Shown here piece after piece: positions 11,218 to 24,479 of a stretch of 64,000 bases of DNA (positions are counted from its first letter, which is position 1; every line of letters begins with the position of its first letter). Source of the stretch: Felis catus (taxonomy: Eukaryota); the NCBI RefSeq assembly GCF_018350175.1, contig NC_058382.1:60514001-60578000 (forward strand), read 5' to 3'. The position numbers and the translations under genes were made by a program. The notes under the pieces were generated by a model, which did no database searches, had not been told where the DNA came from, and worked only from the letters and a program-made list of their open reading frames with translations.

Positions 11218-12935
11218 TTTTTTCCAAGCTTTTTAATTTTAATTCCAGTACAGTTAACACACAGCATCATATTAGTTGCAGGTGCACAATACACTGATTC
11301 AACAATCCCATACATTACACAGTGTTCATCACGATAAGTGAACTCTTTAATTCCCGTCACCTGTTTCACCCATCCCCCCTCCCGCCCCCCCCCACCCCCC
11401 CCACCCCCCCCACCCCCGTCTGGTAACTATCAGTTTGTTCTCTATGGTTGAGTCTGTTCCTTGGTTTGTCCCTTTTTTCCCCCTTTGTTCCTTTGCTTTC
11501 TTTCTTAAATTCCACATGTAAGTGAAATAATACGGTATTCATCTTTCTCTGACTGGCTCATTTCACTTAGTCTTTTTTAAAAAATTTTTTAATGTTTATT
11601 TATTTTGGGGAGAGAGACAGAGCCCGACAGAGCAGGGGAGGGGCAGAGAGAGAGGGAGACACAGAATCTGAAGCAGGATCCAGGCTCCGAGCTGACAGCA
11701 CAGAGCCCGACGCAAGGCTCAAACTCACGAGCTGTGAGATCATGACCTGAGCCCAAGTCAGACGCTCAACCGGCGCCCCACATCTCACTTAGTCTTGAGT
11801 GCTTCTCATTTTTTTTTTCAACGTTTATTTATTTTTGGGACAGAGAGAGACAGAGCATGAACGGGGGAGGGGCAGAGAGAGGGAGACACAGAATCGGAAA
11901 CAGGCTCCAGGCTCCAAGCCATCAGCCCAGAGCCCGACACGGGGCTCGAACTCACGGACCGCGAGATCGTGACCTGGCTGAAGTCGGCCGCTTAACCGAC
12001 TGCGCCACCCAGGCGCCCCTCATTTTTTTTTTTTAATGTTTTTATTTTGAGACAGAGAGGGACAGAGCATGAGCAGGGGAGGGGCAGAGAGAGGGAGACA
12101 CAGAATCCAAAGCAGGCTCCGGGCTCTGAGCTGTCAGCACAGAGCCCGATGCGGGGCTCGAACCCACAGACTGTGAGATCATGACCTTAGCCGAAGTCGG
12201 ACGCTTAACCGACTGAGCCACCCAGGTGCCCCAAGTGCTTCTCATTTAAAAAATTTTTAAATTTTATTTAAATCCAAGTAAGTTAACATATAACATAATA
12301 ATTTTAGGAGTAGAATTTAGTGATTCAACGCTTACATATAACACCCAGTGCTCATCCCAACAAGTGCCCTCCTTAATGCCCATCCCCCACCCCCCCATCA
12401 ACCCTGTTTGTTCTCTGTATTTAAGAGTCTTCTGTGGTTTGCCTCCTTCTCTCTTTTTATCTTATTTTTGCTTCCCTTCCCTTGTGTTCGTTTCTTAAAT
12501 TCCACCTGTGTGAAATCATATTTACCTTTCTCTATTTTACTTAGCATCACATACTCTAGTTCCATCCACGTTGTTGCAAATGGCAAGATTTCATTCCTTT
12601 TGATCACTGAGTAGTTTTCCATTCTATATATACCACATCTTTATTCATCAGTCAGTGGACACTTGGGCTCTTCCCATACTTTGTTGTCGACAGCGCTGCC
12701 ATAAACACTGGGGTGCGTGTGCCCCTTCGAAACAGCACACCTGTATCCCTTGGATAAATGCCTAGTCATGCAATTGCTGGGTCGGAGGGTAGTTCTAGTT
12801 TTAACGTTTTGAGGAACATCCACGCTGTTTCCCAGAGCGGCTGCACCAGTGTGCATTCCCACCAACGGTGCAAGAGGGTTCCCCTTTCTCCACATCCTCG
12901 TCATCGTCTGTTGTTTCCCGAGTGGTTGATTTTGG
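11218..12935 (-). mobile_element. Two carnivore LINE-1 3' ends with three SINEC insertions between or within them (11575-11780, 11809-12018, 12021-12232)
   Basis: L1 3'UTR motifs (ttcttaaattccacat..gtgaaat; tttcacttagcat..ctctagttccatccacgttgttgcaaatggcaag); SINE TSDs cat(t/c)tcacttagtctt, agtgcttctcattt and ctcattttt. Confidence 0.9.
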
Positions 12936-13473
12936 CCGAGACCGTGCGTTCCTAACAGGTCCCGTGTTGCTGCCGCCCAATGACTCCGCTTTGAGCCGCC
13001 CGCCTAGGGTCGTGTTTTTGGCCACAGAGCACTGCTCCCAATATGCCTGCGGTTCTCCAAAGTGGTTGTAGCCCAATAGAGACCACCACGCTTGAGAGGT
13101 TCAGACCCAGTGACCTCAGGGCACTGTCCCAGCTGTCCCAGCTCGGTGGTGGCAGCGCTCTCATGCGGTTAAGTAGTGTTAATGCAAGCCCGTTGGCTTT
13201 GACTGACCCGATGGCCCCGGCCAGATGGGATCACGTGTGTTGGCGTACTGAACATGGCGGGAGAGTGCCTGCCAGTCAGGGTCAGAGGGGCTACTAGTGA
13301 CGCTGACTCCAAATGACCCGGGTGGATAAGACAGATGTTTATGTTTCTCTTGCAGAACAGTCACACCCAGAGTAACTTCACCTGGAGACACCTCCTTTGT
13401 GATGTCACAGAACGCCTGGGATCTGCGGTCCACCTGCCGGGGTGAAACCCCAGCTGTGCGCCCCTACCCCTTC

Positions 13474-13701
13474 TTTTTTTTTTTTTTAATTTTTTTTTCA
13501 ACGTTTATTTATTTTTGGGACAGAGAGAGACAGAGCATGAACGGGGGAGGGGCAGAGAGAGAGGGAGACACAGAATCGGAAACAGGCTCCAGGCTCCGAG
13601 CCATCAGCCCAGAGCCTGACGCGGGGCTCGAACTCACGGACCGCGAGATCGTGACCTGGCTGAAGTCGGACGCTTAACCGACTGCGCCACCCAGGCGCCC
13701 C
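13474..13701 (-). mobile_element. Young Felis-type SINEC, full length
   Basis: Intact CpG-rich body and long T-tail; differs from the copy at 11809-12018 by about 4 substitutions and one 2-nt indel. Confidence 0.92.
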
Positions 13702-14264
13702 CATTTTCTGTCTTTCTAGATGCTGCTCCCCCAACACACACCCCCACCCCAGATGCTGCAAACGCTGTGATTAGCGACTCGTGCCTGACCAGGAGCTCAT
13801 AGCTGTGCTGCGTAGACAGTCAAGGTTCTGGGAGAAGGCCCATCATCAACGAGGCCTGAAGAATGATCAACGTTAGGTGGGGAGACGTAGGAGCAGCGTC
13901 CCAGGCAGCAAGAATGACACGTGTAAACACCTGGTGGCACAGGAAGTGTGCTGCAAATTGAGGGCAAAGAAGGAACACACGTGCTGGTGGGACAGGCTGG
14001 GCAGGTCACGGAGCGGGGACAGCACGCCCAAGGGTTCAGGTCTGATCTGGGGACAGGGGGAGCCGCCAGAGGGGCCTCAGGCTGGAGCAGTGAGATTATA
14101 GGCAGGTGACTCTTGGTGTCCAGGAGAGGAGGGGGGCAGGGCACAGTGACAACCAGGGAACCAGGTCTGGAGCTGCAGCATTAATCCTGGCAGGTGGTGA
14201 CGGTGGTTGGAGAAAAGGGAGGGTGGTTGGAGATTCATTGAGGAGGTAGAATCGTGGACAGAGT

Positions 14265-14640
14265 CCACGGTTCTGGAGGCTGGCAGCCCAAGAACAGGGA
14301 GCTGGTGTGGTCAGGTTCTAGTGAAAGCCCTCTTCCAGGATTGCAGATGCCACCTTCTTGTGCCCTCCCGTGGCGGCTGGAGGAGGAGACAGAGAACTCT
14401 TTGCTCTCTCTTCTTAAAAAGGCTACATTCCTTTATGCGGCTCAGTAATATTCTACTGGACGGATGGACCATATCTACCTATCATCACTTGATGAACACG
14501 CAGGTAGTTTTCCCTTGTGGCTGCTGTGAATAAAGCTGTTACCAACATCCATTCACGTACAGATGTCTGTGTGCACAGATTTCATTTCTCTTGGCTCAGC
14601 AACCCGGGAGTGGCATTGCTGGGTGATATGGTAACTCGTT
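14265..14640. mobile_element. MaLR (MLT1-like) LTR fragment followed by an old L1 fragment
   Basis: cacggttctggaggctgg..tggtcaggttctagtgaaagccctcttccagg..ttgcagatgccaccttct (MLT1-type), then L1 3'UTR-like text. Confidence 0.6.
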
Positions 14641-15004
14641 TCTTCCCTGGCTCATTCGTTCAGATGACATGGGGCAAACATCTATGAGTTCACGCAACTT
14701 CACGGCGTGCCAGGCTTATTTGCGGCTGAACAGTGGCAGACTGCACCAAGGAGGAGCTCCTAGTATTTATTGCAAATTTTCTGGAGGAGGAAGATGGCTG
14801 AATGAAGGCCTGCTCTGCTTAGCACATCCCCAAACCCTTAATTACACCCAGAACCCACTACATAATCTGCAGGACCCAGCGCAAAAGGAAAATTGGTTCC
14901 CTTGTCGGCAAACGATGAAAACTTCTAAGGCCAAGACAGCCGGGCATTCAACCAAGCCCAGGACCTTCCTCTCCAAAATGGAAAGTGCCTTCAGAGGGGG
15001 GAGC

Positions 15005-15288
15005 GTGGGACTCTTGATCTGGAGGTCCTGAGTTTGAACCCCACCTTGGGGGTAGAGATCACTTAAAAATAAAATCTTAGGGGCGCCTGGGAGGTTCAGT
15101 CAGTTGCGCTTCCAACTTCAGCTCAGGTCACGATCTTGTGGTTCGTGGGTTCTAGCCCTTCATCAGGCTCTGTGCTGACAGCTCAAGGTCTGGATCCTGC
15201 TTTGGATTGTGTCTCCCTCTCCCTTTGCCCCTTCACCGTTCACACCCTTTCAAAAAAAAATTAATAATTTAAAAAAAATTTTTTTAAA
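15005..15288 (+). mobile_element. Partial plus full carnivore SINE
   Basis: SINEC head, core and A-tail motifs. Confidence 0.85.
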
Positions 15289-15619
15289 GTGCTGTGTTTG
15301 GCCCTCTGCAGGGTGGCCCCACCCCGAGGGGCTGTGCCCACAGCTGGTGAGCTGCCAAAATGCTCCAGGTGCCACGTGACGTCCTTCTGATACACTGATC
15401 ATTCTAGTAATAGGGAGAGCTGTTTATTCCCACGGAAATGAAGTTGTTAAACTCTGATACTTAATCTCAGTATCTGAGAAATGATTAATCTCTGCGTTGA
15501 GCTGATTATTTTTACGAAACCGGAAACGGTTACAATTTTTAAGCTTTGACATTTAAACTCAATACTCACAAATGATCAATTCTGTGTTGAGTCGCTTACA
15601 CTCAATGAACATAAGCGAT

Positions 15620-16750
15620 GCAGTCCGACGGAAGCCGCGAAAACTGTCGGGGCTCTGCCGTTTCAGCTCAGTGCGGGAAACACGAGTAACTTTGCGTTGG
15701 GCGCGCACATCCGCGTGGCGGGAGCTCACGGGTCCGCGGGAAGAGGGCGAGGCCGCCGGGCGGGAACAAGCGGCGCGGGGGCGTCACGTGACCGCGCAGC
15801 GCGGCCAGCTCGCCCCGCCCCTCGCAGGCGTGGTCGGGCGGCCGGCCGCGCGTGGACTCGGAGACACGCCCCAGGGCGGGGGCTTGGGCGGCGCCTGCGC
15901 CGTGGCAGGCTCAGGCAGGCGCGCGCCGCGGGGGTGGGGCCGCGCGGAGGCGGCCGCGCGGAGGCCGGAAGGAAGCGGGCGGAGGGCGGGGCGAGGGAGG
16001 GAAGCCCGCCGGCCCGCAGGACGACCGTCGCGGCCTGATGACGTCGCACAATGGCCGGCCCCCGCGGGTAGTGGAGCCCGTTTGTTCCGCCCGCGTCGCG
16101 CCTCAAGCCGGAGCCTGTGAGGAGCGGAAGGGCCGAGGGACGTCTTCCCCGCGCCGCCCCGACGCCAGCGGAGCCGTGGCCCCCTCCCCGCCCTCGCGCT
16201 GAGGTAAGTGTCGGCGGCGGCGGCGGGGAGGCCGGGCCGGCGGGGAGGAGGCCGAGGCGGCCGGGCGGGGAGCGTGGCGGCGGCGCGGAGCAGAGGCCCG
16301 GGAGCTCCGGCGCCGCCGCCTCCGGGGAGCGCTCCGGGCTGCGTCCCCGGCCGAGCGTGGCTCTCGGGCCCTGGGAAGGGGTCCCTGAAACACACACGAT
16401 CCCGCGTTCAGTCCGCTGCGAGCCGGCCCACGGGGCCCTGGAACCCACTCAGACCCCGAACTCCCCGCGGCCGCCTGTGCGCCCAGCGGTGGAGTTGATA
16501 CTCCCGAAGCTGTCATTTCTCTTCCGGGACATTCGCGTGGCACATGTTTGCCGCCCACAGCAGGAGTAGCGGGGGGAGGCACGCAGGTTCGCCCAGCGGA
16601 GGAGGCCAGCCAAGACCGGGGATGGGCTCTTCGGGAACTTTGAGCTCTCTGGAGCCTCCCGGAACTTGCTCCCTCAGCTTCACGGTGCACAGGTTGGATG
16701 TTTTGGCTGTGCCCCAACGCGCGCGCCGCTCTTAGGAACAAACTTAACTC
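15620..16750 (+). promoter_or_regulatory. ZC3H18: CpG-island, TATA-less promoter of ZC3H18
   Basis: Very dense CpG; GC boxes, palindromic E-box GTCACGTGAC (15783-15792), ETS ccggaag (~15965), CRE-like TGACGTCG (16039-16046); precedes the first donor. Confidence 0.9.
16050..16203 (+). other. ZC3H18: ZC3H18 non-coding exon 1 (start approximate)
   Basis: Consensus donor GAG|GTAAGT at 16203/16204 within the CpG island; the ATG is in the next exon; TSS not determinable from sequence. Confidence 0.75.
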
Positions 16751-17997
16751 CTTAAGTTAGGAGCCCGGAGGATGCCCAGTCCTTTGGAAAAACTCACTTC
16801 CAGCCTTGCCTCTGCTGAAAGTTAAGTTTTGTCGAATACTTTGTGACAGCTAATTTGCCGAGTAGTGTGGCCGATCATTTTAAGAGAGCGCTGTTCAACA
16901 AGGTCTTTGGCAGGAGTGGGGCAGTCTTCTGATCCGTTTGGGGAAAATGGAAGAAGGGAGTGCTTGGCCTCTGTAGTACTGTCTGGGGGCAGAGCAGCGG
17001 CCCATCATTTCTTCTTTGAGACTCACCTCCCCTGTTGCCTGTGGATGGGAGTCTTGGCCCGAGAATTTTACAGCCTGAGCACGCGTGTGGAGCGCAGCCA
17101 GCTGTGTCCCAAAGGCTGGAACTCCTCCCTGGTTTGGGGTGGGAAATGCTCACATGTTGTAAGAAAGCTCGGTGGGATCCTTTCAGAGAGCAAACAGGTA
17201 AGCTGTGGCCTTGCTCGTGTTTAAGAAGGTTTTTTTACTTTTTCACAGCTACAGATCATCTCAAGGTGAGTGCTTCTTTCCTGAGGAGTTTTTTGGTGGT
17301 CAGGCTTGGTCCGTTTGGGGGCGGCGTCTGTCACCAGTCTTGACATCCTTCCTTTAGATGTTGTGAACCTGTGACGTTTTGAATCAGGATTGTAGCTGGA
17401 TGTACCAGCACTTAGACCTTCAAATAGGGATTGGTCTATTAAAAGTTACCTTCCTGAAAGGTTACGCTTGTATTTCGCGGGTGCTCCTCTGCCACAGCCT
17501 CCTGAGAACTCTTTGTTTTGGCCGTAAGTACCTGCGTCGGGTGAGAAAATTAGTCCCATTCGATAGTCGTACCCTGCATTTAACCAGAAGTCCTCTTACG
17601 TGGCTTAGTCGCTCCTCTCCTGGGTTTCCTGCGATCTCTCGAGTGACCTACCTTGAGAGCACGAGCGTCTGCGGCCACTAGAGCGTGAGAAGAAAAAGTC
17701 CCAAACGTCGCTCAAAAAGAGAAGTTCCCAAAACGTCCTGCACTTTAGCGTTGCTATTGGAATCCGTGTGCAGCCCTCCAGAGTGGCTGCTGGGTGACGA
17801 GACACCGCTCACTGCACGTCTGAGTTCTGGCATCGTCTTCTAAAAATCAGCACTTGTTTCCAGTTTCTGGTATGCAGCAGGTAGTTTATCAAGTAACGAG
17901 ATGTTGTCGTTTAGCCAACAAGCATTTATCAAGTGTCATCTGCCCAAAGCAGCCTGCAGTGGAAACACGGTGATGGATGGACACTTGTCATTCGGTT

Positions 17998-19066
17998 CTC
18001 TGGGCAAGTGCACCATCTTGGGAGTCAAAGGTTCTAAACTTTGCCAAGAATCCTCGGTTACAGGGTGATTGTGTGAGAAGAGCCGAGTAAAAACTCCGAG
18101 CCCAGGAGTTGGTGAAGACGTGGCAAGAGGACGCCCCGTGTCACTGTCTGCATCCGTAGGCTGCGTGTTCTTCCTGGCATGTGGCCCGGGGTGTGCGCTC
18201 ACATGGCTGCCACGCCGAGTTCGTCTCCAAACAGGACATAGGTGCCCCGGGAGACGGTGAGCCTGCCCAGCACGGGGCCTGGAAGGCAAGCCTTCTTCTG
18301 ACCCCCGGTGACACTTCTCTCCCGGGCAGCAGCGTGTGACTCAGGTTGTTTCTAACAGGCAGGTTCTTTGGCGTGTTTTTCTGTGCAGCGTGTTCACCTG
18401 TGAGCAGCCTCATACCGTAAAATCCCAAGGGGTTCCCCAGGTAAAGACGAGAGGCGACTCCTCAGGAAATTATCAGGGCCTTCTAAGGGGGATCGTACGT
18501 CCCAGTGTGCCTAGGACAGCACCTCCTAATGGCTGTTGTAATTGTTCATAGTGTCCCCCCCCCCCCCCACCTTCAGTCTCAACCGTGACCCCGTTTAGAC
18601 AGTAAAGTATGTGCAGCCGTGCTACTCGGTGCCAGCTGTCTGCTGAGCTTGGGGAGTAGAGAGGTGAGTCTGAACCCGTCTCCTCAGGTACTCCATGTAG
18701 GGTGGGGGCGGGGCCCGCCGACAGACTTTGCAGACCAACAGTTGTGGACGGCGTGGTAAGTATGGACTTGGAACCCGGTAACGTACAGTATACTTAAGGC
18801 AACAGCTCTTAATCCGGGGACAGCGGGTGGACCCCAGGGGGCCTTGAACTCCCTAAAGTGGAAGGTACGTTGCACATAGTCTCGTTTTTCTAGGGACACG
18901 AGCCCTCCCTGCTCTCCTAAAGGCTAAGCACCACTACCAGAGAACACTGGGCTGCCCCCAAAGGGGCGGACTTTTTACTTCGCTCTTCTCGCACAGTCAC
19001 CTGTAACTGAGGATTCTTGGCAAAGTTTAGAACCTTTGACTCCCAAGATGGTGCACTTGCCCAGAG
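17998..19066. repeat. Long inverted repeat: arm 1 17998-18098, arm 2 18967-19066, spacer ~870 bp
   Basis: Manual alignment: 17998-18055 is the exact reverse complement of 19009-19066 (58 bp); similarity extends to ~100 bp with few mismatches. Confidence 0.95.
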
Positions 19067-21459
19067 TGGCAGGTGCACTGGACTGAACCCCTAGTGGCGG
19101 GTGCACAGGGCCTTAGGTAGCCCTGCTGCCTTCTGGTCAGCTCTGAAAACTGCCTTTGAGAGTCAGGAAGTTAGCTTTGTGTCCTTGGAATGTTGAATTG
19201 ATTTCCATAATTTACACCGTGGGGGGTGTGCACTCAATAAGGACTTCTTAAAGTGACTTTCCTGCCACAGTGCTCCAGCATCTCCAGATGGTAATCTGAG
19301 TCTGCATTGCTCATGGGGCCAGTATAACGGTGTGCACCTTTGGGGGTTCTTTTCTTGGATTTTTGTTTAGCTTATTGCCTAAGATTCAAACTGCAGACGA
19401 GCTTAAAATGGCTGGTGTCACAAGTTGGATCTTCATATGTTCATCACTGGTTTTTAACTAATGGACTATGTAAGTGGTATGTTAACTTTTCCACATATAT
19501 AAAAATGTGGTTTTGTAGAAGGGCTTAGAAGTTATAGATGGATCAGCACAAAGCCTTAAAAGGGAGAAAATAAAAACAGGCAGACTCTACTGGTTCAGTA
19601 GCAGGCCCCAGTTTATGTGTAGGTTCTGTTCCCCCAAAAAAGAGTTTATAACATCAGTTTGTAACTCAGGTCCCATTTCCTATAGAAACAGTGGCAAAAC
19701 GTAGGGGTGGGTTCCTCGGCGGGTAGCACGCGCTCACGCAGAGTACGGGGCTCTGTAATTGACCACACACTCCGGGTGCAGTTCTGACTTGCGGTCCCTA
19801 GATACCCACTCGGTGGCCATGCAGCCTAGGTCTCCTTATCTGTGACAGGGAACATGGTTTATTTGGAAGGCTGACAGGGATTGGTCAGGTGCCTGACACG
19901 GGGGGAAGGGGGGGGGGTCATCTCTCAGCAGGCGGTGGTGGCTGTCAGCTTCATTGCAGAGTTGTTTCAGTGATACAGTCTTGAATCGAGTGGACAGCTG
20001 TTTGTTGGATGAAACCATGAATGAATTAACTCCTAAGTGCTCGCAGAGACTGGAAGTGTGTCTGACAGGTGATAGGAGTCTGGTTCTTAGAAGTTGGGGA
20101 GTACCTTTACTTCTCGCCAGTTCAGTTCAGATTCAAATGTGTGGAGCCTCTGTCAGGCACATGATCAGGCTTTAGCTCATCTGATTGTTACAATCTTGCA
20201 AAATAGATACTCTTGTCCCTATATTTCAGGTGAAGAGACACACCGAGGTGTGGCCCGAGGTGTGCCCAAGGTCCCGACTCTAGGAAGCTGGGGTCCAGGT
20301 CTAACACAGAGCCCACACTGTTGCACTGGGTGTCCCATTAAGATGCAGCCCCCCAGCGGGTAAACTGCCCACTTTTTGCATTAGTTCGGGTATTTGAAGT
20401 TAGGTACTGTGTTTCTTCCATTTATTACTCTAGGATTTGATTTCAAGTTCCCAGAGTATAAAAGGCAGTCTGATCGGATCTAATCATGACAGCGAGACCA
20501 AAGTGCAAACCGGTTTGCGTATGAGCCCCAGAAAGAGCTGTTACCAGGTTAGGAGAGTTCGTGGCTGTGAACAGGATAGTATGTTGCGAGGCCAGTGGCA
20601 GGCTTGGAAGCTACTTTCTGCAGCCTGTCAGTTGTGTGATTTTTAATCTAGTTTGAGGGAACATTTAATTTTAGATAACAGTCGATTGATTTAAGTGGGA
20701 AGTCATTTTAGTTTCTGGGGTTGCCATCGCACTATAAAATGTGAAAATCAGCATTTGTCGGGTTTCCGGTAGGGGCGTCTGAGGCTCAGTAACCAGCTCC
20801 GTGTGACCGGCTGCCCACAGGGCACAGGTCTAGATTCAGCAGCTGCCCCGTGTGGAGAGGTGTCTTGTATGTAGCGTAAGAAGATCTGTGCAGAGATGGG
20901 CACAGGACTCCTGCACAAAGGAAAAGCTTACTGTCCACCAAGAAAGGGGAAGGGGCCCCGAGTGCTGGTTGCAACCTGGCCCTGTCTGACCGCTGAGCGT
21001 GGAAAGGCCTTAGCTTTCAGGCACCTCGCTTATCTCACGGGGGGCAGTAGGCGTGCTCTCTGGGGCAGGGGGGCCTACTTGATATTCAGCAGGGTCCACC
21101 ATTTGAGGACTGACTTTTAAAAAATTCTCCCCAATGGTCCCCAGTCATACCTCTGGATAGTACAGTTAGGAAGACTGAAAAGTGAATCATGCTCAAAACT
21201 GTGGCTATGAACGGATGATCAGGTTTGTAAATTTCTATTACCGGTGGTCATTTGGTTGATTTATAAAGTGGCAAATTTTAGGTGATTTGTCCTAACGTGT
21301 GCTCGATTATAATAATTTCCATTAACTGCAAAAACAGCGTTTCTAACTATCAATTAGGGTACCAGCTCTTGGTATGCATCTTTAAACACAGGTTCTCCTT
21401 TCAAAAGTATAAATTTGAAAGATACGTGTTTAATTTTTAGTTATATAAATGCGTAAGAT

Positions 21460-22667
21460 AATTTTATATATCTTGTTTTTTGAGAGAGAGCGCACTAGAG
21501 CACAAGTGGAGGAGGGGCTGAGAGAGTGGGGGACAGAGGATCCAAAGCAGGCTCTGTGCTGACAGCCAGCAGGCTGATGCAGGGGCTCAAACCCGTGAAC
21601 CGTGAGATCACGACCTGAGCCGAAGTCAGACACTTAACTGACTGAGCCACACAGGCGCCCCAATAATTTTCTGTATTTATTGAAGTATGCAGTCATATGT
21701 GTGTGCTTCCAGTACCAAATACCAAGTAGCATGATTGTGACATACATCATCTTAAATGATAACTTTCAAGACTCAGGTGAACGTTGAGCCCTTTGCCATT
21801 CCTGCTGTTGCAACAGTGACTCACTCCAGGTTGCGCTGGTGAGTGGTGTGGGTTTCCTGCACATATACTCCGGTCCCACTGTGTGCAGTCTCCAAAATGG
21901 AACAGGGACGCCTGAGGGCTCAGTCGGTTGAGCATCCGACTTCAGCTCAGGTCATGATCTCACGGTCTGTGGGTTCGAGCCCCGCGTCGGGCTCTGGAGC
22001 TCAGAGCCTGGAGCCTGCTTCGGATTCTGTGTCTCCCTCCCTCTCTCTCTCTCTCTCTGCCCCTCCCCTGCTCATGCTCTGTCTCTCTCAAAAATAAACA
22101 AACAATAAAAAAATTTTTTAAGGAAGAAATGGAACAGTATACTGTCTATGGGCATCAAGGTTGGAAAACCAAAAAATAGACACTTTATTATTAAATCCAG
22201 ATTGGTAAAAATAAAAGTGAGATCTTCTGAAATGACCGTCTTTTTAAACGTGAAACTACTCAAACATGTAAGATTTTCTGCAAGAGTCCTTTTCCGTGAT
22301 ATACCTGTGTTAGGGCAGTGATTCTCCACTTTGCTGTGAGGAAATCACAGGGTGCATGAGTGAGTGCCACCTTTGGAGCATCTGGTGGTGGCTCCAACAT
22401 ACAGGTCTCTGAGTAGGCCCCGGGTCTGCATTTTTTTTTAATTTTATTTTTTTAACATTTATTCATTTTTGAGAGTGAGAGAGACAGAGCGTGAGCAGGG
22501 GAGGGGCAGAGAGAGAGAGAGAGAGAGAGGGAGACACAGAATCCGAAGCAGGCTCCAGGCTCCAAGCTGTCAGCACGGAGCCCGACGCGGGGCTCAAACT
22601 CACAGACCGTGAGATCATGACCTGAGCTGAAGGTGGACGCTCAACCGACAGCCACCCAGGCGCCCCC
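21460..22667. mobile_element. Three SINEC copies in alternating orientation: 21460-21661 (-), 21905-22125 (+), 22430-22667 (-)
   Basis: SINEC bodies; TSDs aaatggaacag and ggtctgcattttt are visible. Confidence 0.9.
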
Positions 22668-22877
22668 AGGTCTGCATTTTTAAAGCTTGTCCTGAGTGAT
22701 CCTTTGGGACAGTCAGGGCCATGCTTACAGAAGCACATTCGGGAACAGGAGCTAGCCCATGACCTGGGGACTCCCAAGGCCGGCCAAGGTTTCTGCTTCA
22801 GACCCTTGAGGGGTGCCTTCGGTTCTGCTGTCTCGTTCAGTCGTGCAACTTTTCTTGAATTTCAGTTCTTACTCTAA

Positions 22878-23924
<1,047 letters not shown>

Positions 23925-24479
23925 TAGGCCCAGAGAGCTTGGGCCTGCCGGTCAGCAGCTGGCACAAGTCCTGTGGACGCCCCCCGCCCCCCCCACGGTC
24001 TGCTGCTTTGGTGGGAGGGCGGACAGACGCCCGACCCCGATTGTTTCCTTGGGTTCTAGGTTCGTGTGACAAGACATCGTTTCTCTCTCTGCTGTCTTTA
24101 AATAATATTTGAGTTCACATTCAACTAAAACCATTGTGGATTTTCAGTTCCTGTTAGGTTCTTGAGACTGGTGGGCTCCAGAAGCTTCCTTCCAGTTTTG
24201 TCTGTTCTTTCAGGCCTTTTTATCTTTGCCCCCCAGCCCATCCTCTGAGGGTCCCCGCTGGAAGTGTCCCTGAAGGGGCCCTTAGGAATGGATAACAGGT
24301 GCATCCGAACACGCCAGCTTTTGATCAAGCCATCACACTTGGTTACAATTTATTTAAATAATTTGACTTTCAGGTTATGGAGAAGGGATTGCTGACATAT
24401 TATCTCAGACACGGATAGGCTGGGTTTTCATGATGCATAATCCTGCTGAAAGGACTTTAATCGTGATCTATCTCTCTCT

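Noticed and set aside
15572..16741. Several long overlapping Arg/Pro/Gly-rich ORFs
   Set aside because: Typical CpG-island artefacts; the real ZC3H18 start is at 23256
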